From Mizuhopecten yessoensis (taxonomy: Eukaryota): DNA of 64,000 bases. The stretch spans positions 146,867-210,866 of the forward strand of contig NW_018405126.1 in assembly GCF_002113885.1 (NCBI RefSeq), written 5' to 3'. Below the pieces are notes generated by a model. The model was not told the origin of the DNA, made no database searches, and saw only the letters and a list, made by a program, of their open reading frames with translations. Below, piece by piece: positions 13,568-26,910 of the stretch. Made by a program: the position numbers and the translations under genes. Numbering within the stretch: the first letter of the stretch is position 1; every line of letters starts with the position of its first letter.

Positions 13568-13685
13568 AATACTACCTTAATAAGGAAGTAAAAACCCAGC
13601 TTGTTTAAAGCAATTTTATCAATGGTAATACTACCTTAACAAGGAAGTAAAAACCCAGCTTGTTTAAAGCAATTTTATCAATGGT
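13568..13685. promoter_or_regulatory. 59-bp tandem unit x2 in the putative promoter of copy A, each with an ETS-like GGAAGTAAAA core
   Basis: Direct repeat aatactaccttaa(t/c)aaggaagtaaaaacccagcttgtttaaagcaattttatcaatggt. GGAAGTAAAA also occurs at the equivalent place upstream of C (about 35781) and D (about 50004). Confidence 0.5.
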
Positions 13686-14090
13686 CTTAAATCATTCGGT
13701 TTTCAGACCTTCGTACTCAACCCTACCTTTTTTACGAAATAGGTACATTCAATAGTAAACGTTGTAACTAGTTTATCTGTTAAACAGACGTATACATAAT
13801 AAAATGTAACATTTAATCAATTTATATTCTATAAGACGGTGAACCTTTATTAACAGTATTTACAATACGTATAAAACACTTAATTTAAAAAGAAATGTTA
13901 CTTTAAAGTGGCAGGTTTTTCATTACTGTTGGGAGTAAATGAAATAATTTTCGATTTGGGCCTTTATCAAGACAAACTTTTATTCAAATACATCTCAGAA
14001 CAAAGTATCGAGATACACTTTTATCAAAACAAGGATCTGAATAAAATATCGAGAGACACTGTTATTCAATCATGGCTCAGAACAAAACAT

Positions 14091-17000
14091 GCCATGTAAC
14101 ACCCGTCATAATGTCACCATTACAAAGAGTAACACCCGTCATGCTGTCCTTATTACAACATGTAACACCCGTCATGATGTCCCCATTACAATATGTAACA
14201 TCCGTCATGATGTCCTTATTACAACATGTAACACCCGTCATTATGTCCCCATTACAATATGTATCACCCATCATGATTGCCCCATCACAACATGTATCAG
14301 CCGTCATGATGTCTCCATCACAACATGTAATACCCGTCATGATGTCCCCATCACAACATGTATCACCCGTCATGATGTCCCCATCACAACATGTATCAGC
14401 CGTCATGATGTCTCCATCACAACATTTAATACCCGTCATGATGTACCCATTACAACATGTAACACCCGTCATGATGTCCCCATCACAACATGTATCACCC
14501 GTAATGATGTCCCCATCACAACATGTATCACCCGTCATGATGTCCCCATCACATGGAACACCCGTCATACTGTCCCTATTACAACATGTAACACCCGTCA
14601 TGATGTCCCTATCACAACATGACATGTAATACCCGTCATGATGTCCCCATTACAACATGTTACACCTGTCATAATGTCCTCATCACAACATGTAACACCC
14701 GTCATAATGTCCCCATCAAAACATGTAACACGCGTCATGATGTCCCCGTCACAACATGTAACACCCGTCATGATGTCCCCATCACAACATGTATCACCCG
14801 TCATGATGTCCCAATTACAATATGTATCACCCGTCATAACTGCCTCATCACAACATGTATCACCCGTCATGATGTCCCAATTACAACATGTATCACCCGT
14901 CATGATGTCCCCATCACAACATGACATGTAACACCCGTCATGACGTCCCCATCACAACATGTAACACCCGTCATGATGTCCCTATTACAACATGTAACAC
15001 CCGTCATGATGTCCCTATCACAACATGACATGTAACACACGTCATGACTGCCCCATCACAACATGTATCACCCGTCATGATGTCCCAATTACAACATGTA
15101 ACACCCGTCATAATGTCCCCATCACAACATGTAAATAATGTCCCTATCACAACATGACATGTAACACCCGTCATGACCTCCCCATTACAACATGTAACAT
15201 CCGTCATGATTTCCCCATTACAACATTTAACATTTGTCATGACGTCTCCATTACAACATTTAACACCCGCCATAATGTCCCCATCACAACATGTTACACC
15301 CGTCGTAATGTCCCAATCACAACATGTAACACCCGTCATGATGTCCCCATTACAACATATGTCCCAATCACAACATGTAACATCTGTCATGATGTCCCCA
15401 TTACAATATGTATAACCCGTCATGATGTCCCAATTACAACATGTAACACCCGTCATGATGTCCCCATTACAACATGTAACACCCGTCATAATGTCCCTAT
15501 CACAACATGACATGTAACACCCGTCATGACGTCCCCATTACAACATGTAACATCCGTCATGATGTCCCCATTACAACATGTAACATTTGTCATGACGTCT
15601 CCATTACAACATTTAACACCCGCCATAATGTCCCCATCACAACATGTTACACTCGTCATAATGTCCCAATCACAACATGTAACACCCGTCATAATGTCCC
15701 CATCACAACATATATCATCACAACATGTAACACCAGTCATGATGTACCCATTACAACATGTAACATCCGTCATGATGTCCCCGTTACAACATGTAACATT
15801 TGTCATGACGTCTCCATTACAACATGTAACATTTGTCATGACGTCTCCATTACAACATGATGATGTCCCCATCACAACAAACACCAGTCATGATGTCCCC
15901 ATTTCAACATGTAACACCGGTCATGATGTCCCCATTTCAACATGTAACACCGGTCATGATGTCCCCATTTCAACATTTAACACCAGTAATAATGTCCCCA
16001 TCACAACAAACACCAGTCATGATGTCCCCATTTCAACATGTAACACCGGTCATGATGTCCCCATTTCAACATGTAACACCGGTCATGATGTCCCCATTTC
16101 AACATGTAACACAAGTCATAATGTCCCCATCACAGCATGTAATACCCGTCATAACGCCCCATCTCAACATGTAACACCCGTCAAGATGTTTCCGTCACCA
16201 CATAACACCAGTCATGATGTCCCCATTTCAACATGTAACACAAGTCATAATGTCCCCATTACAATTTGTATCACCCGTCATGATGTCCCCATTACAACAT
16301 GCATCACCCGTTATGATGTCCCCATCACAACATATATCAACCGTCATGATGTTCCCATCACACCATGTAACACCCGTCATGATGTCCCCATTACAACATG
16401 TAACACCAGTCATGATGTCCCCATTACAACATGTAACACCCGTCATAATGTCCCCATCACAACATGTAACACCCGTCATGATGTCCCCATCACAACATGT
16501 AACACCCGTCATGACTGCCCCATCACAACATGTATCACCCGTCATGATGTCCCCATTTCAACATGCATCACCCGTTATGATGTCCCCATCACAACATGTA
16601 TCAACCGTCATGGTGTCCCCATTACAACATGTAACACCAGTCATGATGTCCCCATTACAACATGTAATACCCGTCATGATGTACCCATTACAACATGTAA
16701 CACCCGTCATAATGTCCCCATTACAACATGTAACACACGTCATGATGTTAGCATCAAAACATGTAACATCTGTTACGAGGTCTACGTACCGCATCGAACA
16801 CTTGTTATGATGAATCAAACACATGGAACCCCCGTCATGATGTCCCCATTACAACATGTAACACACGTCATAATGTCCCCATTACAACATGTAACACCCG
16901 TCATGATGTCCCCATCACAACATGTAACCCCCGTCATGACTGCCCCATCACAACATGTATCACCCGTCATGATGTCCCCATTACAACATGCATCCCCCGT

Positions 17001-18890
17001 CATGATGTCCCCATCACAACATGTATCCCCCGTCATGATGTCCCCATTACAACATGTAACACACGTCATAATGTCCCCACTACAACATGTAACCCCCGTC
17101 ATAATGTCCCCATTACAACATGTAACACCAGTCATGATGTCCCCATTACAACATGTAACACCAGTCATGATGTCCCCATTACAACTTGTAACACCCGTCA
17201 TGATATCCCCATTACAACATGTAACACACGTCATAATGTCCCCATTACAACATGTAACACCCGTCATAATGTCCCCATTACAACATGTAACACCCGTCAT
17301 GATGTCCCCATTACAACATGTAACACCCGTCATAATGTCCCCATTACAACATGTAACACCCGTCATGATGTCCCCATTTCAACATGTAACACCAGTCATA
17401 ATGTCCCCATCACAACATGTAACACCCGTCATAACGCCCCATCACAACATGTAACACCCGTCATAATGTCCCCATCACAACATGTAACACACGTCATAAT
17501 ATCCCCATTACAACATGTAACATCTGCCATGATGTCCCCATCACAACATGTAACACCCGTCATAATGTCCCCATCACAACATGTAACCCCCGTCATAATG
17601 TCCCAATCACAACATGTAACACCAGTCATAATGCCCCCATCACAACATGTAACCCCCGTCATAACGCCCCATCACAACATGTAACACCCGTCATCATGTC
17701 CCCATCACAACATGTAACACACGTCATAATGTCCCCATTACAACATGTAACACCCGTCATAATGCCCCCATTACAACATGTAACACCCGTCATGATGTCC
17801 CCATCACAACATGTATCACCCGTCATGATGTCCCCATTACAACATGTAACACACGTCATAATATCCCCATTACAACATGTAACATCTGCCATGATGTTCC
17901 CATTACAACATGTAACACCCGTCATAATGTCCCCATTACAACATGTAACACACGTCATGATGTGAGCATCAAAACATGTAACATCTGTTACGAGGTCTAC
18001 GTACCCCATCGAACACATGGAACACCCGTCATAATGTCCCCATCACAACATGTAACATCTGATATGATGTCCCCATCACAGCATGTATCACCCGTCATGA
18101 TGTCCCCATTACAACATGTCAAATCCGTCATGATATCTCCGTCATAATATGAACATCCATCATGATATCTCCGTCATAATATGAACATCCATCATGACGT
18201 CTCCGTAACAACATGTTACACCCGTCATGATTTCTCTGTCACCATATATAACATCGTTATGATGTCTTCGTCACTACATTACAACACTCGTCATGTTGTC
18301 CCCTTCACAACATGTAACACCCTGCATAATGTCTCGATCATCATGAGTAACACTCGTTACGATGTCTCCGCCACAACATCCGCACCCATAAAAAATCTGC
18401 TGTCACAACATTTCATATCCGTCAAGATGTCTCCCCAACCATGCATAACAACGTAATGATGTAGTCCGTTACAACATGTAACATCCGTCAAGATGTTTCC
18501 GTCACCACATATAACACCCGTCATGATGTCTCCGTCACCATATATAACATCGTCATGATGTCTCTCGTCACTACATGTAACACCCATCATGATGTCTCCG
18601 TCAATACATGTAACACCCGTCATGATGTCTCCGTCACTACATGTAACACACCTCATGATGTCTCCATCACAACATGTAACACCCGTCATGATGTCTCCGT
18701 CAATACATGTAACACCCGTCATGATGTCTCTCGTCACTACATGTAACACCCGTCATGATGTCTACCGTCACTACATGTAACACCCGTCATGATGTCTCTC
18801 GTCACTACATGTAACACCCGTCATGATGTCTCTCGTCACTACATATAACACCCGTCATGATGTCTCTCGTCACCATATGTCATATTCGTC
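14091..18890. repeat. 33-bp tandem satellite array 1 (about 4.8 kb), consensus ACAACATGTAACACCCGTCATGATGTCCCCAT(C/T)
   Basis: Visible 33-bp period giving 11-aa pseudo-ORF repeats (TTCNTRHDVPI, QHVTPVMMSPS, TCCDGDIMTGV), with frequent frame-breaking indels. Confidence 0.97.
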
Positions 18891-19947
18891 ATGCTGTCTG
18901 GGGTGAAATATGATAAACTCGTCACTGATCTAAAATATCGAGCAATGACTTTAATCTTTGTGATGAGTTCGTCCAACAGATCGAAATCTTTTGTGTAGAT
19001 AAACCTGACTTGTAACCAATAAGTTGCCACGGCAATGCTAATTGGTTGATGTTACCTGTTATAGTCATAAATCCATGTACTAGCGGGGCACAATACTGTA
19101 AAAACTGTCCATAGTGTTAGAGGAAAGGCTGTCGTATTTAACATTAATCTCTAAAAATACAAGCTTTTTTTGCATATAACCAGTATTACACAAACGTTTG
19201 GAAATCATACATTTGGTAACATAAATGTATCGTAACAAAATATTATCATATGACATCAAAAGAATAAAGTTAAGTACAGTTTAATCATGACATACCTGTC
19301 ACGGATTTCACCGAGTAATCAGAGAACAACAGAGACACATTAATTGTTTTTTGAACTTTAAACGATATCCTATAGCTCTGACCTTATACTACATGTACTA
19401 CTTAAGAACAGACTAATAATACGTGTTAAATGCTTTTACTGTCTCCTTAATGTTATTTAGCCAATAAAAACAAAGATACTTGATTGATGAATATCAGAAT
19501 ATATTTTATTAGAGTAGACAATTTGTACAATTACATTAGACATTTCATGAGGATAACTGGGAAACAATTACTTACTTTCTAATGTATAGTCTTTCCATTC
19601 CGTACTTAATGCACTAGTCTATGACAAAACCAATACAGACATTTCGCTTCCAGTGATGTATGAAACGTACATTCCTGTTCACCAGACCGAAATATCCGCC
19701 TTTCCGGCGGTGCTGGAAAGTTCTATCCAACCCACGGGTCTGGATCACTAGCACGCGCAGACTGGCGGGGGAATTAAAGTCAAGCTATTGTTCGTGACGT
19801 CATTTTCTGACGTTTTGGGGTCAGTCAGGGTCATTGACGTCATTAACATTGCCATCATGTCTTCATATGCAAATGAAAAATGTGCGGACAGTTTACAACT
19901 TTACTAGAAGAGCAGCTGTTTTTACGAGTTTTAGGTAACAAGCAAGA

Positions 19948-20098
19948 AATAGAATCCATCTCGTATGTGAAGTAAGGATAAGGTAATTCAAACCATCGTG
20001 ATTAAATATTGAGCAAAGCCTCGGGTCTCCTTCTCAATATTTTATCCCTTGCGGTTGAATTACATTATCCATACCTCACATCTGGAATGGATTATATT
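19948..20098. repeat. About 150-bp imperfect palindrome downstream of copy B (probable non-autonomous transposon end)
   Basis: Left arm aatagaatccat...gtaattcaa pairs with ttgaattac...atggatt(a)tatt. Inner aaatattgag pairs with ctcaatattt. Paralogous copy at 27987-28138. Confidence 0.7.
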
Positions 20099-20411
20099 AT
20101 TACGGGGCAAAAGAGGCATTGACATGATTAAGCACTACTGACAAACATGTCTGGTAAACTATTGATAAATCTGAAAGTCAAGTCTCTGTTTATGGTATAT
20201 ATATATAATATTTTTACAGAGACCTTGCCATTGTATATACAACAAAGCATTGTCCCTAGTCCTATATGTGTTAACCTTGCAGACACTTGCTACTACAAAT
20301 CATCTAACATTTAATGTACCTTCACAAGTTATTGTCTGCTATTTTGAATATACTCACTATTGATACAAGTAGCTTCATATTATACGATATCATTCGACTT
20401 TAACGTTGCCG

Positions 20412-23400
20412 TCAACCAAGAAAATTGAGATAAGTTACTCTTTCCTCAGCTGAGTCGCTGTCCGTAACATGGACTTCTATCTCCGCACCACCGAATGTAA
20501 ACTGGACGTCTGCTCCTCTATTAAGCCCTTTGCTGGTGTCAGTCATTTCGATTACATGTGAACCAATACACTCACAACCCTCGTCTGTAACATACTCGGG
20601 TGAAGGGTTGGGCGAAATGTAGATATCGAACAATAGCTTTGTTTGAAACGGTTCTGTGACAGAATAATGGCGGGGTTTTAAACTCTGCCACATAGGAATA
20701 GACTGTCCTTTCTGTGTATATACACTGAATATATCATGACAACGTGCCACACCTCCAATCACAACATACTTTTCCCTTGGATGTTTCCCCGGAATAAATA
20801 CTTTCGCAACATTTGTACCATATGTATATCTACTGATCCTTTCCGTGATTGTGTCTAGCTCATGACCGTTGATGACGGCACCTTTCAGCACGGCCAAACC
20901 AGCCTCGTGTGGAATGACGAGACGCTTGTCCGGGAACTTGGCGGAAATTTCCGTCTGTAGTAGAGGACATTCCGAGTATCCGCCGACGAGGATGATGGCA
21001 TGGGCCTGTTCTACCTCTGGGTGTTCCATCAACTCTACCACGTGATCTATAATCTTCTGGACGGATTGTCGGAACATCGTTTGAGCTAGCTCAGACTTGA
21101 TTCGCAGTCTATCCATCTTCCATGTGAGGTTATTTGCATACTTCTTGTTAGAGGATATACTTTCCTCGACGGTTTTATTTGGATGCATGTCGGCAAATGT
21201 GTCCATCAGACTGATTGGGAGAGTGAACGTAATTTTTGCATCAGTCGCTGATGAGATTGATCTTTTCTTAGTTTCAAACGACCTTTGTAGCTCCAGGTAG
21301 TCAGCAACATGTGTTAGCTTAAACTCGTTAAATACATCAGCTCCCAAGATTTCAGAAAGAAGCATTTCAAACTCCTTGTCGACCATGGTCCCGCCCCAGT
21401 CCCCTCCATTTGCCATGTAAACCTCTTTCAGCTTCAGACCTTCCAGCACTCCGTGTACCGTGATATCAACGGTTCCTCCTGTAGAGTAAATCAGTAGAGC
21501 TCAATATACAACAGTAACAACTCCAAAGAATAAATCAAAACAACTAAATGACAATATGATTAAGAAAAACTAAAACAAAAACATAGTTCGATTGTGTGAT
21601 AAAGAACACCTAATTCAATGCTATTGCCTATCCGAGGCAATAGCATTGAAGAAGCCAGTCCTTTTAAATTTATCCATTTGATATCAAAACTATCAATAAA
21701 ACATGATAATAATTATGCATAAGTACTAAATACGTTTTATCCCTGTCCAAGCGCGGTCAAAACACCAGAAAAATTCACGACGGTTTTTTGTTCCTTCTTT
21801 CCCTTAATTTAATTTATGGTTTAAATGTAGCGCGACCTGACCAGAATACTTCTGTTGAGGTACATCTGGTTGGTTAGCTCAGTTGGTTAGCTCGCGGTAC
21901 AATGATCTAACCTGCACGGTTCAAATCATGCGCTTCCCCGTTGTATTTTTTTTTTTAAATTTTATCTCTTTTGTTTTTTCATTAAAGTCCCGCAATGTAT
22001 CGGTTTCTTTTCAGAAAGTGTTTTCTGAGCTATAGTTGTGTCCAATTAAAAAATCCAATTAACAGGTCAACGAGTGACAGGGTTTGACAGCGGTTAGGGG
22101 ATCCTTTAGGTGATTGTGAGATAACGATACCTGTTGTTATAATACTAGATATTGATATGTATTCAAATTTCACACCCAGTGCAAAGTAAAGTTGTTGTTT
22201 TATTTTAGATATTCGAGAAACGGTTTGTAAGCAAAGGATAAATTATAGAATGGCATAAGTGCACAATACAGACTTATGTGACCACAATAAATCAAATTGA
22301 ATTAATGGTGAATATATACTCCACAACAATAGTCTTTTATGCGTTAATCTTTGTAAAGTCATAACATCATAACATTATAACATTAGCTATAGTACCTGAT
22401 CAATAGGACTTCTATATAACCATGATATTTTTTCTCTCTTTTCTAATTCTTGGTGGTTTCGTAACATCTCACTTGGCGAAACCTCACCTTTCGGCCTTGG
22501 TGATGAATGTGCGCCAGGGCCAGCAAAAGGAGTTCTGTTCCAATACCCACCGCGACAAAGCTCTAAAATTGCTACTTGTTCACACGTACCTATACTAGTA
22601 ATGCGGGTTATCGTATTGATAGACACGGTATAACAATATAATTTAATAATTCAACCGTTATCTCCATTAACCCTTACCACCAACATCCACCACCATGTAA
22701 CGGGACCTAGGTCGAAACACCACCAGGTTGTCTCCCCCTTTTCCAACAGGCATGTCTTTCAGCGGTAGGTATTTACAGAACATAGTAGCCGCCTCGGCTT
22801 CTAACGACAGGACGAGTTGATAGCCTGGGATACCAGCCTTAACAAAGATATTATTAATTTTCATTGAAATTTAGACTTGCTCAGAATTCGGTCTTAAATA
22901 CATTTCATCTAATTTAGAGGAGTTCTCATATACATATGTTTACCATAACAACGAAAATGGTATCACCTTAACGTTGACATGTTGCGTTTCCTCAGGGTTC
23001 ATGTGACACGTGTCAGAAAACATTATTGTGATATGTAAGAAGTGAAATACATAATGTATTATATATATGACTTTTATTGTTTTATTATGACAATATACAT
23101 ATGAGATAATAAAAGTACTCGAAGAAAAGCCATTGTCGATAACATGCTGAGCGCATTTCATCCGGGTTCATTTGACAAAAGTCAGAAAATAACACTTTGA
23201 TATGTAAAAAAATATCTTCTAATTGTAGTGACAGATTCTTGTAATGACGATATACACATTAGATTATAAATGTACTCGAAGAAAGGGCATTGTTGACTAC
23301 CTGCTGAGCGCATTCCCTCATGAATTGCTTTGCTCGGTCATTTCAAATAGCAGGCACTGTCAGGACCCATCTGACGTCAGACATCAGCAATTCTAACCTC

Positions 23401-23523
23401 CTTTTCTTACAAGTACCAAGGCGATAGATGGTCCTTCAGATACTTTACTGCTTCTGCAAACACTTTCATTGCCAGCATTGGTTTCTGATTTTGTGCATAC
23501 AATTTCATGGATCTGGTGATATC
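20412..23523 (-). pseudogene. HSPA12: HSPA12-like copy B, pseudogene (exons 4-6 only; terminal exon ORF intact)
   Basis: Exons 23523-23301, 22837-22678, 21478-20412. Exon 4 is 223 nt versus 219 nt in paralogs (4-nt insertion near 23422) and has TGG>TGA at 23343-23345. The ATG exon and exon 3 are absent, replaced by a LINE fragment. Confidence 0.92.
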
Positions 23524-24229
23524 CTAAAACAAACATCTGGTAATTGCTAATTTTGCATCACAGAACAAAATCCCACTCATAGAGTTCATAAATGTCTTAT
23601 CAAACAACCTTTTCTGTTTTAAATTTTCAATCCAGGCCTTTTTCAAAATTCTATCTCCATGTTGTGTCCTTTACTCAGTTAAAATGTACAGTTGTCTGTG
23701 GACCTATGACGTCATCTGTCCTTGTGAAGTCATTGTAATTATGACGTCTCTGTTACAATTGTTATATATATATTATACACAGAGAAACAGCCAGAACATG
23801 TTTTACATCATTATCCCTGTCCACAATTTGTAGCCAGCTCAGAGTAAGTGATACTATAGAGATTTGTTTTTAAACACAATCATGACAGAGTTTTTAAATC
23901 CTCATCATAAAGATTGCCCTCCTCAAAGTGCCTTCTTATTGTTTTTTATTTCTCCTTTAAGAAACACAACACAGATGTTCGCTGAATTTCTTTCTTTCTT
24001 TCAAACAAGTGTTTCTGTCTCTCCTACATCTAAAGTGAAAACAGTGTTCTTACATTACTCCGGTTGAAGTTCACATGTATCTTTGGTAAATGAAAGGTTT
24101 ATAGGTCTTCGATAGATCGTGAAAGCCGACCAATAGCCCCTTCCGAAACCGGGACAAAAAACCTGGTAAGATCCATACACTTTTTAACAGTGGAATCGTG
24201 TATAGATTTCAAAATTTCTACTAAAATTT

Positions 24230-25575
24230 GATGATACCTCCTTATATGGTCTCATTGAGGGAGACAGGCAAGAATGTGCTAATATATTAAATGATGATCT
24301 AAGGAAAATTTTAATCTGGGCTAGACAATGGGGAATTATCTTTAATCCAGATAAAACTGTAGCCCTGCTCTTCTCGAGGCGGGTTGACTCTGAGACACTG
24401 CATCCTAACCTATGTTTTGATGAATCACCAATTATTAATGTTTCTAATCATAAACACTTAGGTTTGTTTTTCAACAGCAAGGCTATTTGGTCTTACCACA
24501 TAAACTATATATACGAAAAAGCTTATAAAAGAATTAATATACTTAGAATGTTGAAATACAAAATTGATAGAAAATCCCTTGAAACTATATATATCACATT
24601 TATACATCCAATTCTGAAAAATGCAAATATTATATTGGCAAACTGCACGCAGCATGAATGCAGCGTCTTGGAGTCTATCCAACTAGAAGCAGCACGTATT
24701 ATTTCAGGGTTAAGACGTGGAACAAGTCATTTGCATCAAAATATTACTTTTTATAAAATATATAATAAGAACATGTCTATGATATAATTCAACCGTTCAT
24801 TAATAATAATGTTGAATATTATCATCTTCGCCACAATATAATTTTTGATGTTCCTATACCAAGAACTCAGTTATATAATGCCAGTTTTTTCCCGAAACTG
24901 ATGTCTGAATGGAATATTCCAACTTGCCTGTATCCCACAATGACATCCATTGGAGCTATAAAAAGAGATTTTTTACACTCAGATGAAATGGATTCTCAAC
25001 CCCAATGTACTAATGTAAAATGTACTTAAATACAATGGTGATCGAACATTTTATGTTACCTTTTGTCAACTTAGAAACTGTGCCAGAAACCTGAATTCAG
25101 ATCTATTTGAATCTCACCTAATTGATACCCCAGCCTGCTTATGTAGTTCTCCTGTTGATAATTGTGATCACTTCTTCTTCCATTGTACTCTGTATTCTAA
25201 TCAAAGGCAAATTCTCCTGAACTCCATTTCTGCTCTTAATGACATTATTCCATTAAATACTCAGACTTTTCTTTATGGATGTCGAAGACTCGATATCAAT
25301 ATGAATATAAGGATTTTGGAGATGGTTCAGAGATTCATTAAATATACTAGACGCTTTTACTAGATTACACTTACTCATTTATCTTTTTTCACATGACTTT
25401 GTTGTGTGGAATGATACCAGTACATTATTATACTATGTGTTATCCACCAGCAACATTTTAGTTGCCATTTTATAATGCCATAAATATTCTGAAATGAAAA
25501 ATGAATACATGTAAAATTTGACTGAAACAAATATGGTGGAGGTCATATATATAATTTAAAATATACATTATGTAA
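24230..25575 (+). mobile_element. 5'-truncated, degenerate non-LTR retrotransposon (CR1/L2-group reverse transcriptase C-terminal part plus 3' UTR)
   Basis: Translation DDTSLY...LNDDLRKILIWARQWGIIFNPDKT...HKHLGL...W..HI...KRINILR...Y..FI.P.L...LESIQLEAARIISG, later CLCSSPVDNCDHFFFHC and TRRFY* at about 25363. Stops and frameshifts present. 3' boundary approximate. Confidence 0.88.
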
Positions 25576-25794
25576 AAAAACAAATTGAAATTTGAGTGGG
25601 AAGAAATTGAAACAAAAATTTAAAATCACATGATGACCGATATTCTATACCTTTTGCTGCTCTGATCATGATAATCATTATATATATCGATACACACCGC
25701 AGTGTTTAACAGCCGACAACTCTACCTAACGTTCTGCCAGGTTATGCTGATTGCCAGAGGTAAGGATACAATATACACGTGGTGTGCGTTAATA

Positions 25795-25971
25795 AATACT
25801 ACCTTAACAAATAAGTAAAAACCCAGCTTGTTTAAAGCAAGTTTATCAATGGTAATACTACCTTAACAAATAAGTAAAAACCCAGCTTGTTTAAAGCAAT
25901 TTTATCAATGGTAATACTACCTTAACAAGGAAGTAAAAACCCAGCTTGTTTAAAGCAATTTTATCAATGGT
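25795..25971. promoter_or_regulatory. 59-bp tandem unit x3 in the relic promoter of copy B
   Basis: Same unit as 13568-13685. Two copies read AAATAAGT (core lost) and one keeps AAGGAAGT. Confidence 0.5.
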
Positions 25972-26344
25972 CTTAAATCATTCGGTTTTCAGACCTTCGT
26001 ACTTAACCCAATTTTTTTTACGTAATATGTACATACAAAATAATCTTGCAATAGTAAACGTTGTAACTAGTTTATCTGTTAAACAGACGTATACATAATG
26101 AAATGTAACATTTACAGATTTTATATTCTATTAGACGGTGAACCTTTATAAACAGTATTTACAATACGGATAAAACACTTAATTAAAAAAATAAATGGTA
26201 CTTAAAAGTGGCAGGTTTTTCATGACTGTTGGGAGTAAATGTCATAATTTTCGATTTGGGCCTTTATCAAGACAAACTTTTATTCAAATACATCTCAGAA
26301 CAATGTATCGAGATACACTGTTATTCAATCATGGCTCAGAAGAA

Positions 26345-26910
26345 AACATGTAACATCTGTTACGATGTCTCCGTACCGCATCGAACACTTGTAATGATGA
26401 ATCTAACTCATGCAAACTTGATGTAAACTCACAACATGTATCACCCGTCATGATGTCAACTCACAACATGTATCACCCGTCATGATGTCAACTCACAGCA
26501 TGTGTCACCCGTCATGATGTCAACTCACAACATGTATCACCTGTCATGATGTCCCCATCACAACATGTATCACCTGTCATGATGTCCCCATCACAACATG
26601 TTTCACCCGTCATGATGTTCCCATTACAACATGTAACAACCGTCATGATGTTTCCGTCAGTACTTGTAACATCCGTCAAGATGTTTCCGTCACTACATAA
26701 AACACCCGTCATGATGTCTCCGTCACCATATATAACATCGTCATGATGTCTATCGTCACAACATGTAACACACGTCATGATGTCTCCGTCACCACATATA
26801 ACACCCGTCATGATGTCTCCGTCACCATTTATAACACCGTCATGATGTCTCCGTCACAACATGTAACACCCGTCATGATGTCTCTCGTCACCATATGTCA
26901 TATTCGTCAT
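26345..26910. repeat. 33-bp satellite array 2 (about 0.55 kb)
   Basis: Same monomer and same left (atggctcagaa) and right (gtctggggtg...ataaactcgtcactgatc) flanks as array 1. Confidence 0.95.

Noticed and set aside
14072-18780. Many long overlapping ORFs (up to 642 aa) with Cys-, Thr- or His-rich 11-aa repeats that resemble keratin-associated, antifreeze or mucin proteins
   Set aside because: They are a by-product of a 33-bp monomer lacking stops in several frames. ORFs occur on both strands, switch frame repeatedly, and have no unique domain, signal peptide or splice structure. The same applies to the ORFs in arrays 2 and 3.
21097-21300. Antisense ORFs repeated in several paralogs (also 29143, 44022, 11801, 32610, 48818)
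   Set aside because: They are shadows of the conserved HSPA12 coding strand.
22387-22626. ORF shared between B and C intron 5 (also 30448-30657)
   Set aside because: Similarity is explained by the recent segmental duplication. Lengths differ, the homologous region in A is broken, and there is no recognisable domain.
22985-23165. Apparent extra mini-exon (MKCAQHV) after exon 4 in B and C
   Set aside because: It is a local about 170-bp tandem duplication of the exon 4 end and intron start, with a decayed donor and no convincing acceptor.
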